Shown here: positions 49,573 through 61,527 of the stretch, piece after piece
Layout of the letters: each line of letters starts with the position of its first letter
How positions within the stretch are numbered: the first letter of the stretch is position 1
Origin: Patellaria atrata CBS 101060
Lineage: Eukaryota
Direction: 5' to 3'
NCBI GenBank assembly: GCA_010093705.1
Contig: MU006090.1
Coordinates: 434,001-498,000 of the forward strand
DNA: 64,000 bases
Made by a program: the position numbers and the translations under genes
The notes under the pieces: model-generated
What the model saw: the letters and a program-made list of their open reading frames with translations, nothing else
Databases searched by the model: none
Told to the model about the DNA's origin: nothing

Positions 49573-50718
49573 ATGAGGACCGAGTATCAAAGATCTGGAG
49601 ACAAAGGGAACATCATTCTCTTCACTGGCGCACCCAGTTCTCAGGACCTGGATTGGAGCAAGGATAAGCTACTCAACCACATCATACCATCACTAGAGAA
49701 GTACATTGGCAGCAAAGAAAATGAGCTACTTCAAACCGTCTCATCCAGTAATGGCCAGGCGAACTCTTCTCTCACCTCTTCCTTCGAGCGAAGTCCCAAA
49801 TGGCGCTCCATGTATATCCACCCTAAACGTCTCCTAACCGAGCTCTCCCAATTCAGCAGCACAACCAGTACCAAACCTTCCATACCCTCGAGCAACACCA
49901 GTTTCCAAAACCTCGCAAAGCGGCTCAAACACTACGACAATGGATCTTACCCTTCAGACACAGATACCAGTTCCCCACCCCTCTCCTCCCCAGACTCCCC
50001 AGAGCCCGATTCCACCTACCTCGAAGCCTCCTTCCTCCTCCACGAGAGTAGCGTCTCCCCCACCGCGCTAGAAGAACCCGAACACTCCCTCCTAGACGAC
50101 ACAACCTTCCTCTCCACACACCCACCCTCACCATCCCAACCCCTCCCCTTGCCCCAAATCACAGACCTCGCTCACCTCCCTTCCCCCCAAACCCTCAAAC
50201 CCAACTCCCACCCCCTCTACCGCAGACCCTACAACCTCCTCACCGCCGTCCTGTCCATCTCCCCAATTCGCGGTATCACACTCCGCAACGGACGCACGAT
50301 GGACCTGCAGACGCTCCTTGTGATGGACGATACGAAAGCCCCGTTTAACGTCGCGTTCTGGCTCTTACCTCCCTCTCTTCCTGGTCCAGCCCATCACGTC
50401 CCTAGATCTGTGATAGGGTTTAAAGAGCAGCAGTTGAGAGACGCACTGGAGGAGGTGAGGAGGGGCGATGTGCTGTTGCTTACGAATGTGGTGTTGACGG
50501 TTTGGGAGGGGAGGGTGGAGGGACAGAGTTGGCGGGGGAGGACGGGGATTAGGATTTTAGAGGGGCGTGGGAGGGTTGGTGTGGGAGGAAAGGGGAAATT
50601 GGAGAGGGTTAGGGAGGCGGTGAGGAGGTATTTGCCTTTTGATGGTGGGTATGGGGGGAGAAGAGGGAAGAAGGGGAGGGGTTTGCTGGAGGATGACTTG
50701 CCGATGGATACGCAGTAA
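49573..50718 (+). CDS. OB-fold nucleic-acid-binding protein, SHLD2 (FAM35A) OB1-like
   Basis: Intact 381-aa ORF. N-terminal IILFTGAP..LDW..PKWRSMY, Ser/Pro-rich linker, then an OB-fold pattern YNLLTAVLSI..ITLR..LQTLLVMDDT..FNVAFW..VRRGDVLLLTNVVLTVWEGRVEGQS; ends LPMDTQ. Confidence 0.72.
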   Translation: MRTEYQRSGDKGNIILFTGAPSSQDLDWSKDKLLNHIIPSLEKYIGSKENELLQTVSSSNGQANSSLTSSFERSPKWRSMYIHPKRLLTELSQFSSTTSTKPSIPSSNTSFQNLAKRLKHYDNGSYPSDTDTSSPPLSSPDSPEPDSTYLEASFLLHESSVSPTALEEPEHSLLDDTTFLSTHPPSPSQPLPLPQITDLAHLPSPQTLKPNSHPLYRRPYNLLTAVLSISPIRGITLRNGRTMDLQTLLVMDDTKAPFNVAFWLLPPSLPGPAHHVPRSVIGFKEQQLRDALEEVRRGDVLLLTNVVLTVWEGRVEGQSWRGRTGIRILEGRGRVGVGGKGKLERVREAVRRYLPFDGGYGGRRGKKGRGLLEDDLPMDTQ

Positions 50719-51020
50719 GGGAGTCGAATGGCTTCTGAAAATTAGTGGATCGGATGTTCAAGTGAAGGACCTTTGGGTTCGGGATATATACCCTTCAGAG
50801 GTTAGTAGCCGTGAGATTCGCAGCGGTGTAGTATGGGATTTTCGGTATCATTCTTATACCTGCACGTATTGATTCTGGGTAGTGCCTTATTTATTTCCAT
50901 TTATTGATGTTAAGATACATGATGCTGGACTTGCATGATCCAGTTAGTCCAATTCTTCATCTATCATAATCATGACTCATCAGTCCTCTACCGTCACCAT
51001 TCCCTACTGAGTTGAACAGT

Positions 51021-52134
51021 CTACAATACTGTTCCAAAACCAAATGTAGTCTTGATACTCCTGACATAATACTCTCCCCAGTTCCTCTTCGTTACCTCTT
51101 CTTGTCCAACTGGCACGCCCTGCCAGTCGACCCTCATAACGGTAACCGCATCCTGGTCGTTCTGATCGAACTTGATATCAAGCGTCGAGTAGTGTCCCTG
51201 CGGCCATTGTGCGAGTCTCCACTTCTGCACGACTCTCGTCGGTGCCTCGAGCGTGGTATACTCACCTGAGATGTTACCTCCGAACAGTTCAAACTTTCCA
51301 CCTTGCTTAGCGCCCTCGAAGAGTTTCGGAGCTGAACGTGTAAAAGCTGCAATGCGCTGGGGATCGGTGAAGGTCTGGAAGAGCTGTTCAGCGGTCGTGC
51401 GAAATTCCTCCTGATCGGTAACGCTAGTGACGTTCACCTTAGGGCCCGTAGAGCTACTCTGAGTAGTACCTGATGATGCTGTATTGAATGACTTCGAGAT
51501 AGAGGTGTTTGAGGCATATTTTGGAGTCGAGAAGCCACTGGATGGGTTGGAGCCGGGTGCGTGCTGAATGTCCTTTCCATGCTCGGCGATGAGGGCAGGC
51601 GCCAAAGTCTTCAGCTGAGCACGGACTTGTGGCACGATCTTCGAGCGAACGAGTTCTTTGACGGGTTGTTTAGCTGCAGCGTCCGAGTACACATCTATGT
51701 CAAACTATAGAAGATAATGTCAGTTTGCCGACTCCCGGGAGCGGACGGGTGGTGCGCAACTAAGGGAACATACAACGTACTCGTCTTCCTCCGTGTCGTG
51801 AGCGACCTCTGGAATTGTGATCGTGCCACTAACTTCCTCGCCCTCCTTGTTCTTGCCTAACGCGAAATTAGAATGAGAATTGATGCGATGCCGAGTTACA
51901 GTATGACTTACCAACATATTCTAGCTGGACCTTAACGTCAAAGAGCGTGATAACTTTGCCCTTCCTCTGGCTCACGTCTACATCACCATCCATACTAAGA
52001 ACTTTCTCGACCTTTGCTGACACATCCCCGTCCTCGGCTGAGATTTTGGTGAGGTTCAATTCGAGATACTCCTTAGCCCAAGGAGCAACATCCTTGTTGA
52101 CCCAGTGCCAATTGTTAGGATTATGCAAAACCAT
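51021..52134 (-). CDS. AHA1: Aha1, activator of Hsp90 ATPase; exons 52134-51912, 51856-51774, 51704-51021
   Basis: MVLHNPNNWHWVNKD (NxNNWHW), SQRKGKVITLFD, IPEVAHD, START-like C-terminal domain FELFGGNISG..VQKWRL..W, YYVRSIKTTFGFG. Confidence 0.96.
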
Positions 52135-52505
52135 CTTGCAAAACCGCCCTCGAAAAAGCACGTATGTGAAAGGGTTATGTTCGGTGATTGCCTGGGGGTC
52201 ACTATTTCGACAACTGGGTCAGAATTAACTGTATGTACGTACGTAACTAAGAGAGTAGCATTGATTGAGTAGAATCAGAGTAGACGGACTATTGTCCTTG
52301 CAAGCTAATCCTCATTAAAGAGTACAAGTCTTCAGACTGGTGCCAGCTGTGATCTCATCATGCGAGTCCATATGGGTAGATGCAGAACGGAAGGGAGAAC
52401 CTACCTTGGTAACTAAGCTCAAATCACTGTCGTCGAGGATTAATCTTCTGCTGGATCTGGGAGAGGCAGAGCGAAATAAGAACCCGCCTTGAAGTTGAGC
52501 GGTTT

Positions 52506-52530
52506 TGAACGGATTAGAAACTGATGGAAG
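52506..52530. promoter_or_regulatory. Candidate step-type heat-shock element upstream of AHA1
   Basis: GAA at 52507, 52517 and 52527 (GAA-N7-GAA-N7-GAA). Confidence 0.45.
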
Positions 52531-55085
52531 CAGAGAATCGGAGCCTGTGACCGAAGAATTATTCTCTCGGAGCTTCAGCTCGCCAAGATGTTCGCTCCAA
52601 ACCCCCCATGGCCCTCTAAACTCGGCTTTCCACCTCCACTATGACAACTCTTTTTCTATTACCGGATAGTGCCTGTTCCTAAACTCCATCATGGGTTTGT
52701 GCAATGCAGGCCTCGAGGACGGACTGTGTGTCTCGAACCGAGAAGTCTTACCGTTTCTTCCCTTGCTAAAGCGCAGTAACCCCGAACTCAACCAGCCCAC
52801 AGTCCCAAGCCACCAGTGAAGAGGGATAGATGGAATACCTAGGATGAGCTTCAAAGCGAGCACGTAGGAATGTGTGGTAAAGGAATAATGGTATGATGGA
52901 GGCTCTACAACTATCTGGAGTAATTGAATACCAAACATCCAACGGGGCATCACTTGAAAGCATCACAACCCTTCAAGTGTCTCCACTTGACGATATAGGC
53001 CCGATACCGATACCTAATAGAGCAGCTCATGCGCCTGTATAGCAATACGGGCGCTGGAGATCCATTAGGCACTCATCTCCCATGTCCTTTAGGCAATTCC
53101 GCCTATGTTGTAAGTCTATCAAATTACGGAACCATCCTCTTCTCCTGATATGGACTGCAGAAATGAAATACCATGGGAACCAATAACCGCATTGATCGGA
53201 CATCATTGCGTTAATTTAACATATAGCATAGTAAAGAAATAATCTGTCCTCAAAGAAGAGGGTGCTTCGAGTGATCGATGAGTCTCGAATATAGATCGGA
53301 CGAACACCTGTAACGCCGGACTCCATACCATCCACAGCGTCTTACTAGTCTCCGTCTACTATTATCTGCAGTATTGAGAGTTGGACAGAACTAGTAGCGT
53401 AAATTCAGTCTTACGTCCCCATGTCCCCACGGGCTGGTGGAGCATATTCCACACCATTTATAGTAATCCCTCAGTCTCACCGGAGTGTCAATCTTTATCT
53501 CTTATGATTCCATACGCTATGCACTAGTGATTTTTAGAAGGACAAGACTAGTGTAGAAATAACAATGAAATGGGGTTGCTTGTAGAGTACGTGTAGTGAA
53601 GTAGTCTTTGGAGCTTTTGGGTGTTTTATCATCTAATCCCTATCTCTCTATCTCATATGCTCCGCTGCTACACATTGTGATTATGCTCCTTAATCTTTTA
53701 GTTCTCCTTGCTCTTTGACTACCCGATATAGTCAATCAGTCTTCTGTTCTCAGTTCGTTTTCCCAGTCTTTCCAAGTCCCTCTCTCCTTCAGGGGCTTAT
53801 CATTTGTTTCTCCTGACTCAATAGCTTTTGTGGTTTCCGATTCTCTTTCTCATTTATCGTCTTGCTTTGGACTACGTCACTCTAATAGTGCACTTTTCCG
53901 TTATAATCCGCCAATAATTTGGCCAAGCAGCCCTTAAGATTCCTAGCTATTGCATGTTTGCTTCTCTTATCCCCCATCTGTCCCTCAGTCCTCCAGAGCA
54001 TACTGAGTGTGGTAGGAATGAAATATCAGCCCTGGGTCTTTACTATGTCCATGCAAATGGTTTCCTACGCTCTATTATCATTGAGAACAGTATCATGGCA
54101 CAGGGATCCGGATTTTAATCCTATTATCATTACTCGTCCCGCTTCTGCACCTATGTCTGTAAGCTCTTTCTATTTTTTATGGACCTGGTGTATCGTCCCT
54201 CCTTATTTTGGGTCTGGTACGCAGTCTTGTAGCCCCGATGTACGTATTCGAACGGTTGTCTCTCTTCATGTTCCAGTTTCCTTCCGATCCCTTGTCAACT
54301 AGATGTTCCGTACCAGATAAGGGCTGAAAGCAGACGACGATCCAATCCTTCTAGCCTTAAAAAGCGACGTTGGCATCGGTTAAGGGTAGAAAGGGAACAT
54401 ATATCTCGTATAATCGAAAGCTAATACCGGATCCAATTTTGCTCGTTCTGTTATGTATACCAGTCCGCAGCTAGTTCAGTTAGGCAGGAAATTAATCTCT
54501 TATAGCCGTATGGTCTGTACTCGTCTTTTTCAGTTCCCTCTTCTGTGTTATCAATACCCACGTCTGAGCTCAGTTCGTTATTCTTTGGTTTTGGCTCCAA
54601 GGAAGGTAAAACACCATAGAGTCGATATGAAGTTTCAATCCGATTTAACAAATATGTGAGCAATCACATTTTCAACCCGGGTCTAGAAAACTAGGTATTA
54701 TAAAGAGTTGTGATTGTATGATGAGGTCTATCTGTTTGGCTCGGGGGTTTGGGTTGTTTCTGATCTACCACCTCACTTCAAATTTTCTACACGCACACTC
54801 ACCTCTACATAACATAAATTACATCCAGTTACGTAACTTAAACGTATGTAAATGATTTCATTTCTGCATCTCCCCTTACTCGCAATTTGTCAATCTCTCC
54901 GACAATCACACGTTCACCTTCTGGTTTACTTCTTGGCCAGAGTGCTCCTCGGCCTGCAGCCAGGCGACGGAGATTGCATTCTTTTCAACTCACCAATTGA
55001 CTGCCTCATATCCACCGTTCCTTCCCTGATTGCAGATTGCAGACAAATGTAATCGACAAGCTGACTATGTCATGATTCTCCTAGT

Positions 55086-57477
55086 ATGTCGTCTGGAACA
55101 GGCATTGAGAGCTCAGTTCGTCTCCAGCCATCAATAGCATTAACTGCCACCGATGACCCCGGCCTTACAGACCATACCGTCCGACGAATTATTGTCCAAC
55201 ACAACGAACTACAAGTAAAGACGGTACGTTGTCGAGGTCAGAAGCCTACCCTAAAGCCAACAAAGGAGCTTGTCAACGAACACCTCTTGTACCTAAGACA
55301 AGCCGATTCCAATACTAGCGTAATGAACGAAGTGAATCTTTTGGAAGCAGCGTATTCAGCTTCAATTAAACGCTTAAATACATTAGCGAAGCTCTCCATC
55401 AGCGACCTCAAGATCGGGAGCCATCATACAGGAGGCGTTCTTATCGGAAAGAACCTCGTAGATGCTTCAAATGGTGCAACGAGACGAACAATTATTCAAG
55501 ATAGCTGTGGAGATGCTATTAGGCTGCATCTTTGCAATTATGGTCCTAAGGGGCCTCACGACCCGAGACTGATCCTGAAGGACACCATAATCGCCATAAA
55601 GGACCCGTATTACATATTCATCACTAAAGACAAAGCTGCTGTAAAAGTAGATCACCCGTCCAATCTTATAGTTCTTCCTGCATTTGGTCATCATGTTCCT
55701 TCTATATGGAAAAAGGACCTCTCTGCGGATCCTACGGAGATGAATGCCATCGCGGATTCTTTCGACAATGAAGTACCTAAAGATTCTCGCACTATAGGCC
55801 GTCTCTATGACTTGTTTGATTGGTAAATGGACTGGATCTCCCAGTTTCTTAACCTACATGTGCTAGCATAACTCAATAGGTGTAAGGCACGACTACTAAA
55901 TAAGTTATCGTCGTATACGAGAAAATACAGATTCTACGTACGCTCGCAGAGTACTACCTGTATTCCAACCGATTTGAAGACTCCTTGCGGGAAACCAGCA
56001 TTATGTTTGAAGAAATGAAGAAACTGCCTAAAGCTAACGTATCACACAAACCAGACCCTCACCTGCAAGCCCACATCGCCGCATATAGAGCTAGACAGTA
56101 CGAGCAATGCTTAAGATATATGAACGCGTCTCTATAGGAAATAGAAGGCGCGAATGACAAGAAGATGAACGAGTTGAGGGTTGAATTACTACAAAACCTT
56201 ATGCTTGTAGAAGAACGGAGGAATGAGACTCGTGGTAAATTCAACTTCTACCGCCATTTTCTTACGATAAAGAAGAATGGAAGGGTTCATTTCGCCGATT
56301 ATTTCGAAGCTGTCGGGGCTAAAATGACAGTAACCCCTTGCGAAACTCTTCTTTTCAGTAAGAGACCATATAATGCAGGCGAGCGGATTCTGGTAGACGG
56401 TGCTGGCAAGACATGTACAACGTATAATTCTAATGGAGCTTCTACAATTGAAGGTCCGCGCGCCTTGCTATATATTCAAATAGCGCGCGAGTTATCTCGC
56501 ACTCCATCCTTGGCAACAGATTACTTCAAACTGTACAACAGAGGTATTACCAGGGCACACGGCGTTGGAAGTATTGTGGATGGAACCCCGGTCACTGATA
56601 TGTAAGCATTTTCTTCTATAACATATTCGCGTTGATTACTAACTGTGATGTAGCTTCTTAGTCCAGACCATTGCGGAGCACAACAGCCATTTCTTCCCCG
56701 AACGGGCTCTGCTCTTCAACGAGATTAATACTCCCGGAACGAGCACCTCCGCCGGACTATGGATAAAAGCATCATATATCGACCATTCTTGTGTTTCTAA
56801 TTGCTCCCGCAGCTTTCTTAGCGACATGCTCATTGTCCGTACCGTGAAGCCTATTGCCATAAACGAGGCGATGACGTTTTCGTATATCAATCCCCTTCAA
56901 AGCTACCAAGGCCGTCACCGAGATCTCCGACAATGGAATATCTCTTGTACGTGTAGACTATGTAAGTACGAGGGGTCCCTTCCATCAGCAGTTCTAGATC
57001 GTCTTGAAGCCCTCGCGGGAGAACTAGAGGATCTCATGAACCGAACACCCAACGTACGAGTAGGAGACCAGACCATAAAGAAGGTGAAATCATGTCTCCA
57101 GAAACTTCAAAGCGCATACGATCCTGACCTAGGTCTCCCTTGTCCCATAGCCGTCAAGGGGCCTCTGGCTCACCAGAAAGCTCTGGGACCAGGATGAACT
57201 TGTGGGCGCGATGACGGCCGCTGTAGCGACGGCTGACTGTTGCGGGTTAGGATTCTATGGAGTCAATGGGAAGGGGTCCGGGATTGCGGGTGAGCATATG
57301 ATTGTTCTCCCTGGGCTCCTAATTGCGCTAAGATATGCCTGTATGGCATTCGAATTTTTCGGGATGGACAAGGTGTTGATGCGTGTGCGACCCTTAATCC
57401 CTCCTCTCTTCGAGGCTGTACGCGGCTATCCAATTCAAGACGATACGCGGGCCTACTGGGAGGGCAGGGTGGCGTAG
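55086..57477 (+). pseudogene. Disrupted TPR + SET-domain gene (fungal TPR/SET family)
   Basis: N-terminal ISDLKIGSHHTG..IIQDSCGDAIRLHLCN..IAIKDPYY..VKVDHPSNL; TPR-like helices; SET/post-SET GLWIKASYIDHSCVSNCSRSFLSDMLIVRT..FSY..WNISCTCRLC. Introns 55823-55879 and 56602-56653. Apparent frameshifts near 55915 and 57175, and an in-frame TAG at 56135. Confidence 0.72.
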
Positions 57478-59113
57478 GTAGGTGAGTAGAATGATTGGAT
57501 GGGGAGGGCTGGTGGTATCATATGAGGTGTATCAAGGCAATCGCTCCGAAAAGTTATACTTCGACTTCATGTCGGAAAAGGTCTTCATAATGAATAGTTA
57601 TAGGCTATTATGCCTATAGTAGCGTGTAATCAGACGAATTCTCCACTCAAATGCACTCCTCAACAGCGTCTTATTTGTGATCTCACGTATGCCCATACTT
57701 GGATTCCTGAGTTTTGGGTAATGGAACCAAATCCATCGGGCAACTTCATGGTGGTTTATCGTACTGATCTTGCTGATACTCTAGCCGTATGGGCCTTTCC
57801 AAATCAAACGATTAATACAGACAATTCATGTCTGTACTACTCCTACAGCCTAGTATTTTCTGCTCCCCAAGGGGGAAGCGTCTGAGGGTGTCATAGACTA
57901 CTAGGAATATCATTCATCCCTCACTAGATTTATTATCTTTTGCGACTATTGTAAATAACCGTATTTACTTTGCGCCTGGGTTTCGTTTTCGCTATATCAT
58001 GATACATATTCTTCGATCACTGTAAGGTATGCTTTCTGCACGCAGTATGGTGTAATCATCCCATCTGATTCTTGAGGAAAATTTCTGGACTTTACAGTTA
58101 ACTCGGAGTTATAGTCACTCTTATTAGCGTACAGTAAGATATCAACGTCGTACTAAGAGAAAGGTGTACATATTGCGTTGCAGAGATATTAAGGTTTGAA
58201 TACTAGTCTCATTCAGTCAGGTGGATTCCGAATGGTAAGCGAGCTCACGTGCAGTTTCTGTTAGCGCTAATTTCTCCTTGTTTCTCACCCAAATCTGCAA
58301 CCCTCACAACCTACCTTCTACTCTGAGTATCGAAGAGTGTGGTAGAATGCTACTCCTAGGTGCACCTCCGAGCTAAAGACTCCCGTTACTTATGCAGTGC
58401 TGGCTGTATACTCCAGTGCCCTGGACTTTCTCCCAGGAACAGAAGGGACACAAACTTGAAGAAGTCATTCTCCCCTTGCCCAAAAGCCAGACCACTCAGG
58501 CGTCCAGTCTGTAAACTTTTTTTATCAGAACACTTCTCTCGATTCGGTTTGCGGGTAGATGGTTCGCTCTTATCTACCGATGAGAACGATATAATGTGTA
58601 TAGTAGTACATGGTACAGGCGATCAATACCTATTTGCGAGTCGGATGGTATCTGCACTGCTCGTGGCTTTATGCTAGGTGGGCCGTGCGCGGTTAATATA
58701 CACAAAGAGGCAACGTATCTGGAATGCGGAGTTAATCTAAACTCATGCCTAGCAAAGAGATCGCAAGCAGTCTTCAATCAATCTGAGTCTACATATAGCA
58801 GATTTTCCGTATCATCACTTTAGGTTACACCTCTCTGGGCTCAACTGACGCAACCCCCCTTCAGAGTGGCATGTAGGACCGTGGCTCCAGTTCATAATGC
58901 CTATTATGACTGTCACTCCAATATAGCCCCGCCAACCTCTCACTTTTTAGTCTTGATGGTTTTCCTCTTGTAGATGTATTTTCTTTCTTTTCAATTTGGC
59001 CCTAATTTTCTTTCAGTATCGCAGTTCTCTGAGTTTAGGGACCCAATGCGACAGTTTCTTCTCCTTTCCAGGACCGTGTGGAGGTAGTATAGATACTATC
59101 TCCAATGAATCAT

Positions 59114-60757
59114 ATGGGTAAAATATGTGGTGCTCTTCGTTTCAGCGCTCTTTGGGCCATCGTCGGAAGTTTGTAACTTGTGGTTGCTCTGTGTTGCAAT
59201 ACCTGCTAACCTTCATCAAGCTCTTAATGCGAAAGCGAGTCCTTTGGACGGCGTTTCTTGGAATTCAACAAACGTAGCGTCTTCTTCCGTGGTCTCCGAA
59301 TCTAACGACCGAGATATCATGTCCATCTTTGATTTTGAATCTGCTAGCGCGGAAGCAACACAGCTAATGTCTATCTTCGGTTTCGATTCTGAACCATCCG
59401 CCAGCGTAGAAGCGACACAGACCATGTCTATCTTTGAGCTGCATTCTGGACTATCGGCTAGTACTCAAGTTACGACCGCTTTCACTTCTACTATCCTTTT
59501 ACATGAGACAGCCTCCCTACAAGTTGGCTCAGTTCCAGGATTGGATACTAGCTCAGATGCAGTACTAGCGGACATAACTTCATTCATCCCCTCTTCGGTG
59601 CAAGATACAGGTAGAGCTGTGCATCATCCACGATATGGGCGTTTGCTGACTCTAATGCCATAGTGTCAAGCGCTTCTCCAAAAGCTGTATCGTCCCCAAA
59701 TCCTTCTCTATTGACGCCCGAATCAGAAGGCGCAAGTGGAACACTCAGCGTATCGTATATCAGCAGCAGTATCGATTCGGCTACCATCGGTGCCATTCTA
59801 GCGCAATCATTACTACCTGCGGAGCTTGTAGAATCGTCTATTCTCGAACCGACCGCCCCAGTTTTCAGTTTGATACCCACAGTTAATGAAATACTAGCAC
59901 CTATCGCCACCAGTTTATCTTTCTCACAATACTCGTTAGAGGAGATGGAAGCACCGACCACCACAGATGCTATCGAACTTGCTGTAACATCCGTAACACA
60001 AGACATACAATCAGCTGTAATTACCCCCGCGGCTGAATTACCAATCCCTCAACCCTCATCCGGTGTAACTGTAGACTTAAGTCGTTTCTTACTACCGGGC
60101 GATACTTTTTCTATATTCTCTCAAACAATCGACGTTGGAGAAGTTTCTTTCACTCTCGAGGAATCCACGATACCCTTGGTGGAAGATGCCCCGCTAGAAA
60201 TCGCTGCCGAATCTTCCGACAGTTCTTCATCAACATTGACTGGTAACCTCGCATCTGTCCTCCCCGACGGTTCAGCAATAGTAATTACCGACGAGTCTAC
60301 AAACACACCTGTCACGATCAAGGGCGCCCTGGTCCGAACCGCCGGTCATAGGACCAACGCCGATCGGACCTTAGTGACTCTGAATGGCACACCCCTACCG
60401 CTAGCTATTGGTGACGAAGCAACAGTGGTAGTTTGGGCATCTGATGGCTCGTTCTCCACCGCAGTAGGAGAAGTGATTGCGTTTGTAAGCGGCGGAGGTG
60501 CGGTTGTCGTTGCGAGTGAGGATGGTACACCAGCAACCACGACCGGTTTAGTTATTGGTGTCCCTACTTCGACAGCTTCACCAGAACCTGGAGTGGTGAC
60601 TCCTACGGCGGCGATCACTTTGACGCCATCGAGTGAAATACCAGTTGCTCCGTACCCTACAGTGCAAATGGGGGTTGGCAGTCGCATTGTTTTGCCGTTG
60701 AATCACGGGTTAGTAGCACTTGTTGGGTTTTGGATGGGGCTTCTAGTGATGGTGTGA
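59114..60757 (+). CDS. Secreted Ser/Thr-rich, probably GPI-anchored cell-surface protein; exons 59114-59168, 59221-59610, 59664-60757
   Basis: Removing intron 59169-59220 (GTTTGT..GCTAAC..AG) gives the signal peptide MGKICGALRFSALWAIVGTLNAKA-SPL. Intron 59611-59663 joins the two ORFs. S/T/A/E-rich body; C-terminal GVGSR + hydrophobic tail LVALVGFWMGLLVMV. Confidence 0.78.
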
Positions 60758-61308
60758 ATGACTCATGATGCATTGGCATGGCGTTGTGGTGATATAATAG
60801 TTGCCTAGAGAGCGAAATGAATGATTGTTTGTGCTTCTGATCGTACCTTCCACTACCTGATGCACAATGTGTGGTCTCAACGCGATATTTCTATTCGTTT
60901 GCACAATTAATTGATACCAAATGCGCTCAGCATAATAAACATTGTGTCATCAGACCTGGTTTCCTTTTACTCTAAAAACGATACGTGAAAACAATTATGT
61001 CACGTGGTTCATCCGGAACTTGCCAAATGCCGGAGCTCCTCCGAACTTTGTTCCACCTCACGCTTCACCTCAACCCCAGAACATCGCAACTAGAGTTCCA
61101 TCAACCTGCGCAACGCGAGAAACAGTTTCTAAGTATAGAGAAAAGCTCAAAATGGAGTAGTTTGGTATCCAGATCATCTAACAGTTTGCAAAGAGGAGTA
61201 GCGATGATTTCATTAATGATTTTTTATATTGCTATCTAACTTTTATATCTATGAAATGCAGCAGACGATTCATTAATCAAACCAGCAATCTACCAATTCT
61301 TCAGAGGG

Positions 61309-61527
61309 ACCAAGCAGCCAATCTAGGGTCCATGAATTAAGAAAATAGAATAGGAAATGGAGAACAAACTCTATCAACACCGAGCAACCAATCTAGGGTC
61401 CTGGGGGTATTTTGTAAAAGGAAATGGGAAAGATAAATTCATAACTCCAATCAATGCCATGGGGTAGTCCGCCGCGCTATGCAAAGAAAAACGATTCAAT
61501 CAGGACCGAGCAACCAATCTAGGGTCC
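61309..61527. repeat. Three spaced 23-nt direct repeats ACC(A/G)AGCA(G/A)CCAATCTAGGGTCC within a degenerate A-rich repeat region
   Basis: Copies at 61309-61331, 61379-61401 and 61505-61527; a degenerate fourth copy near 61572. Confidence 0.85.

Noticed and set aside
61309..61527. CRISPR-like repeat-spacer appearance
   Set aside because: Eukaryotic context, no cas genes, only three copies, unequal spacers (47 and 103 nt) that resemble each other; better explained as an eroded tandem repeat.
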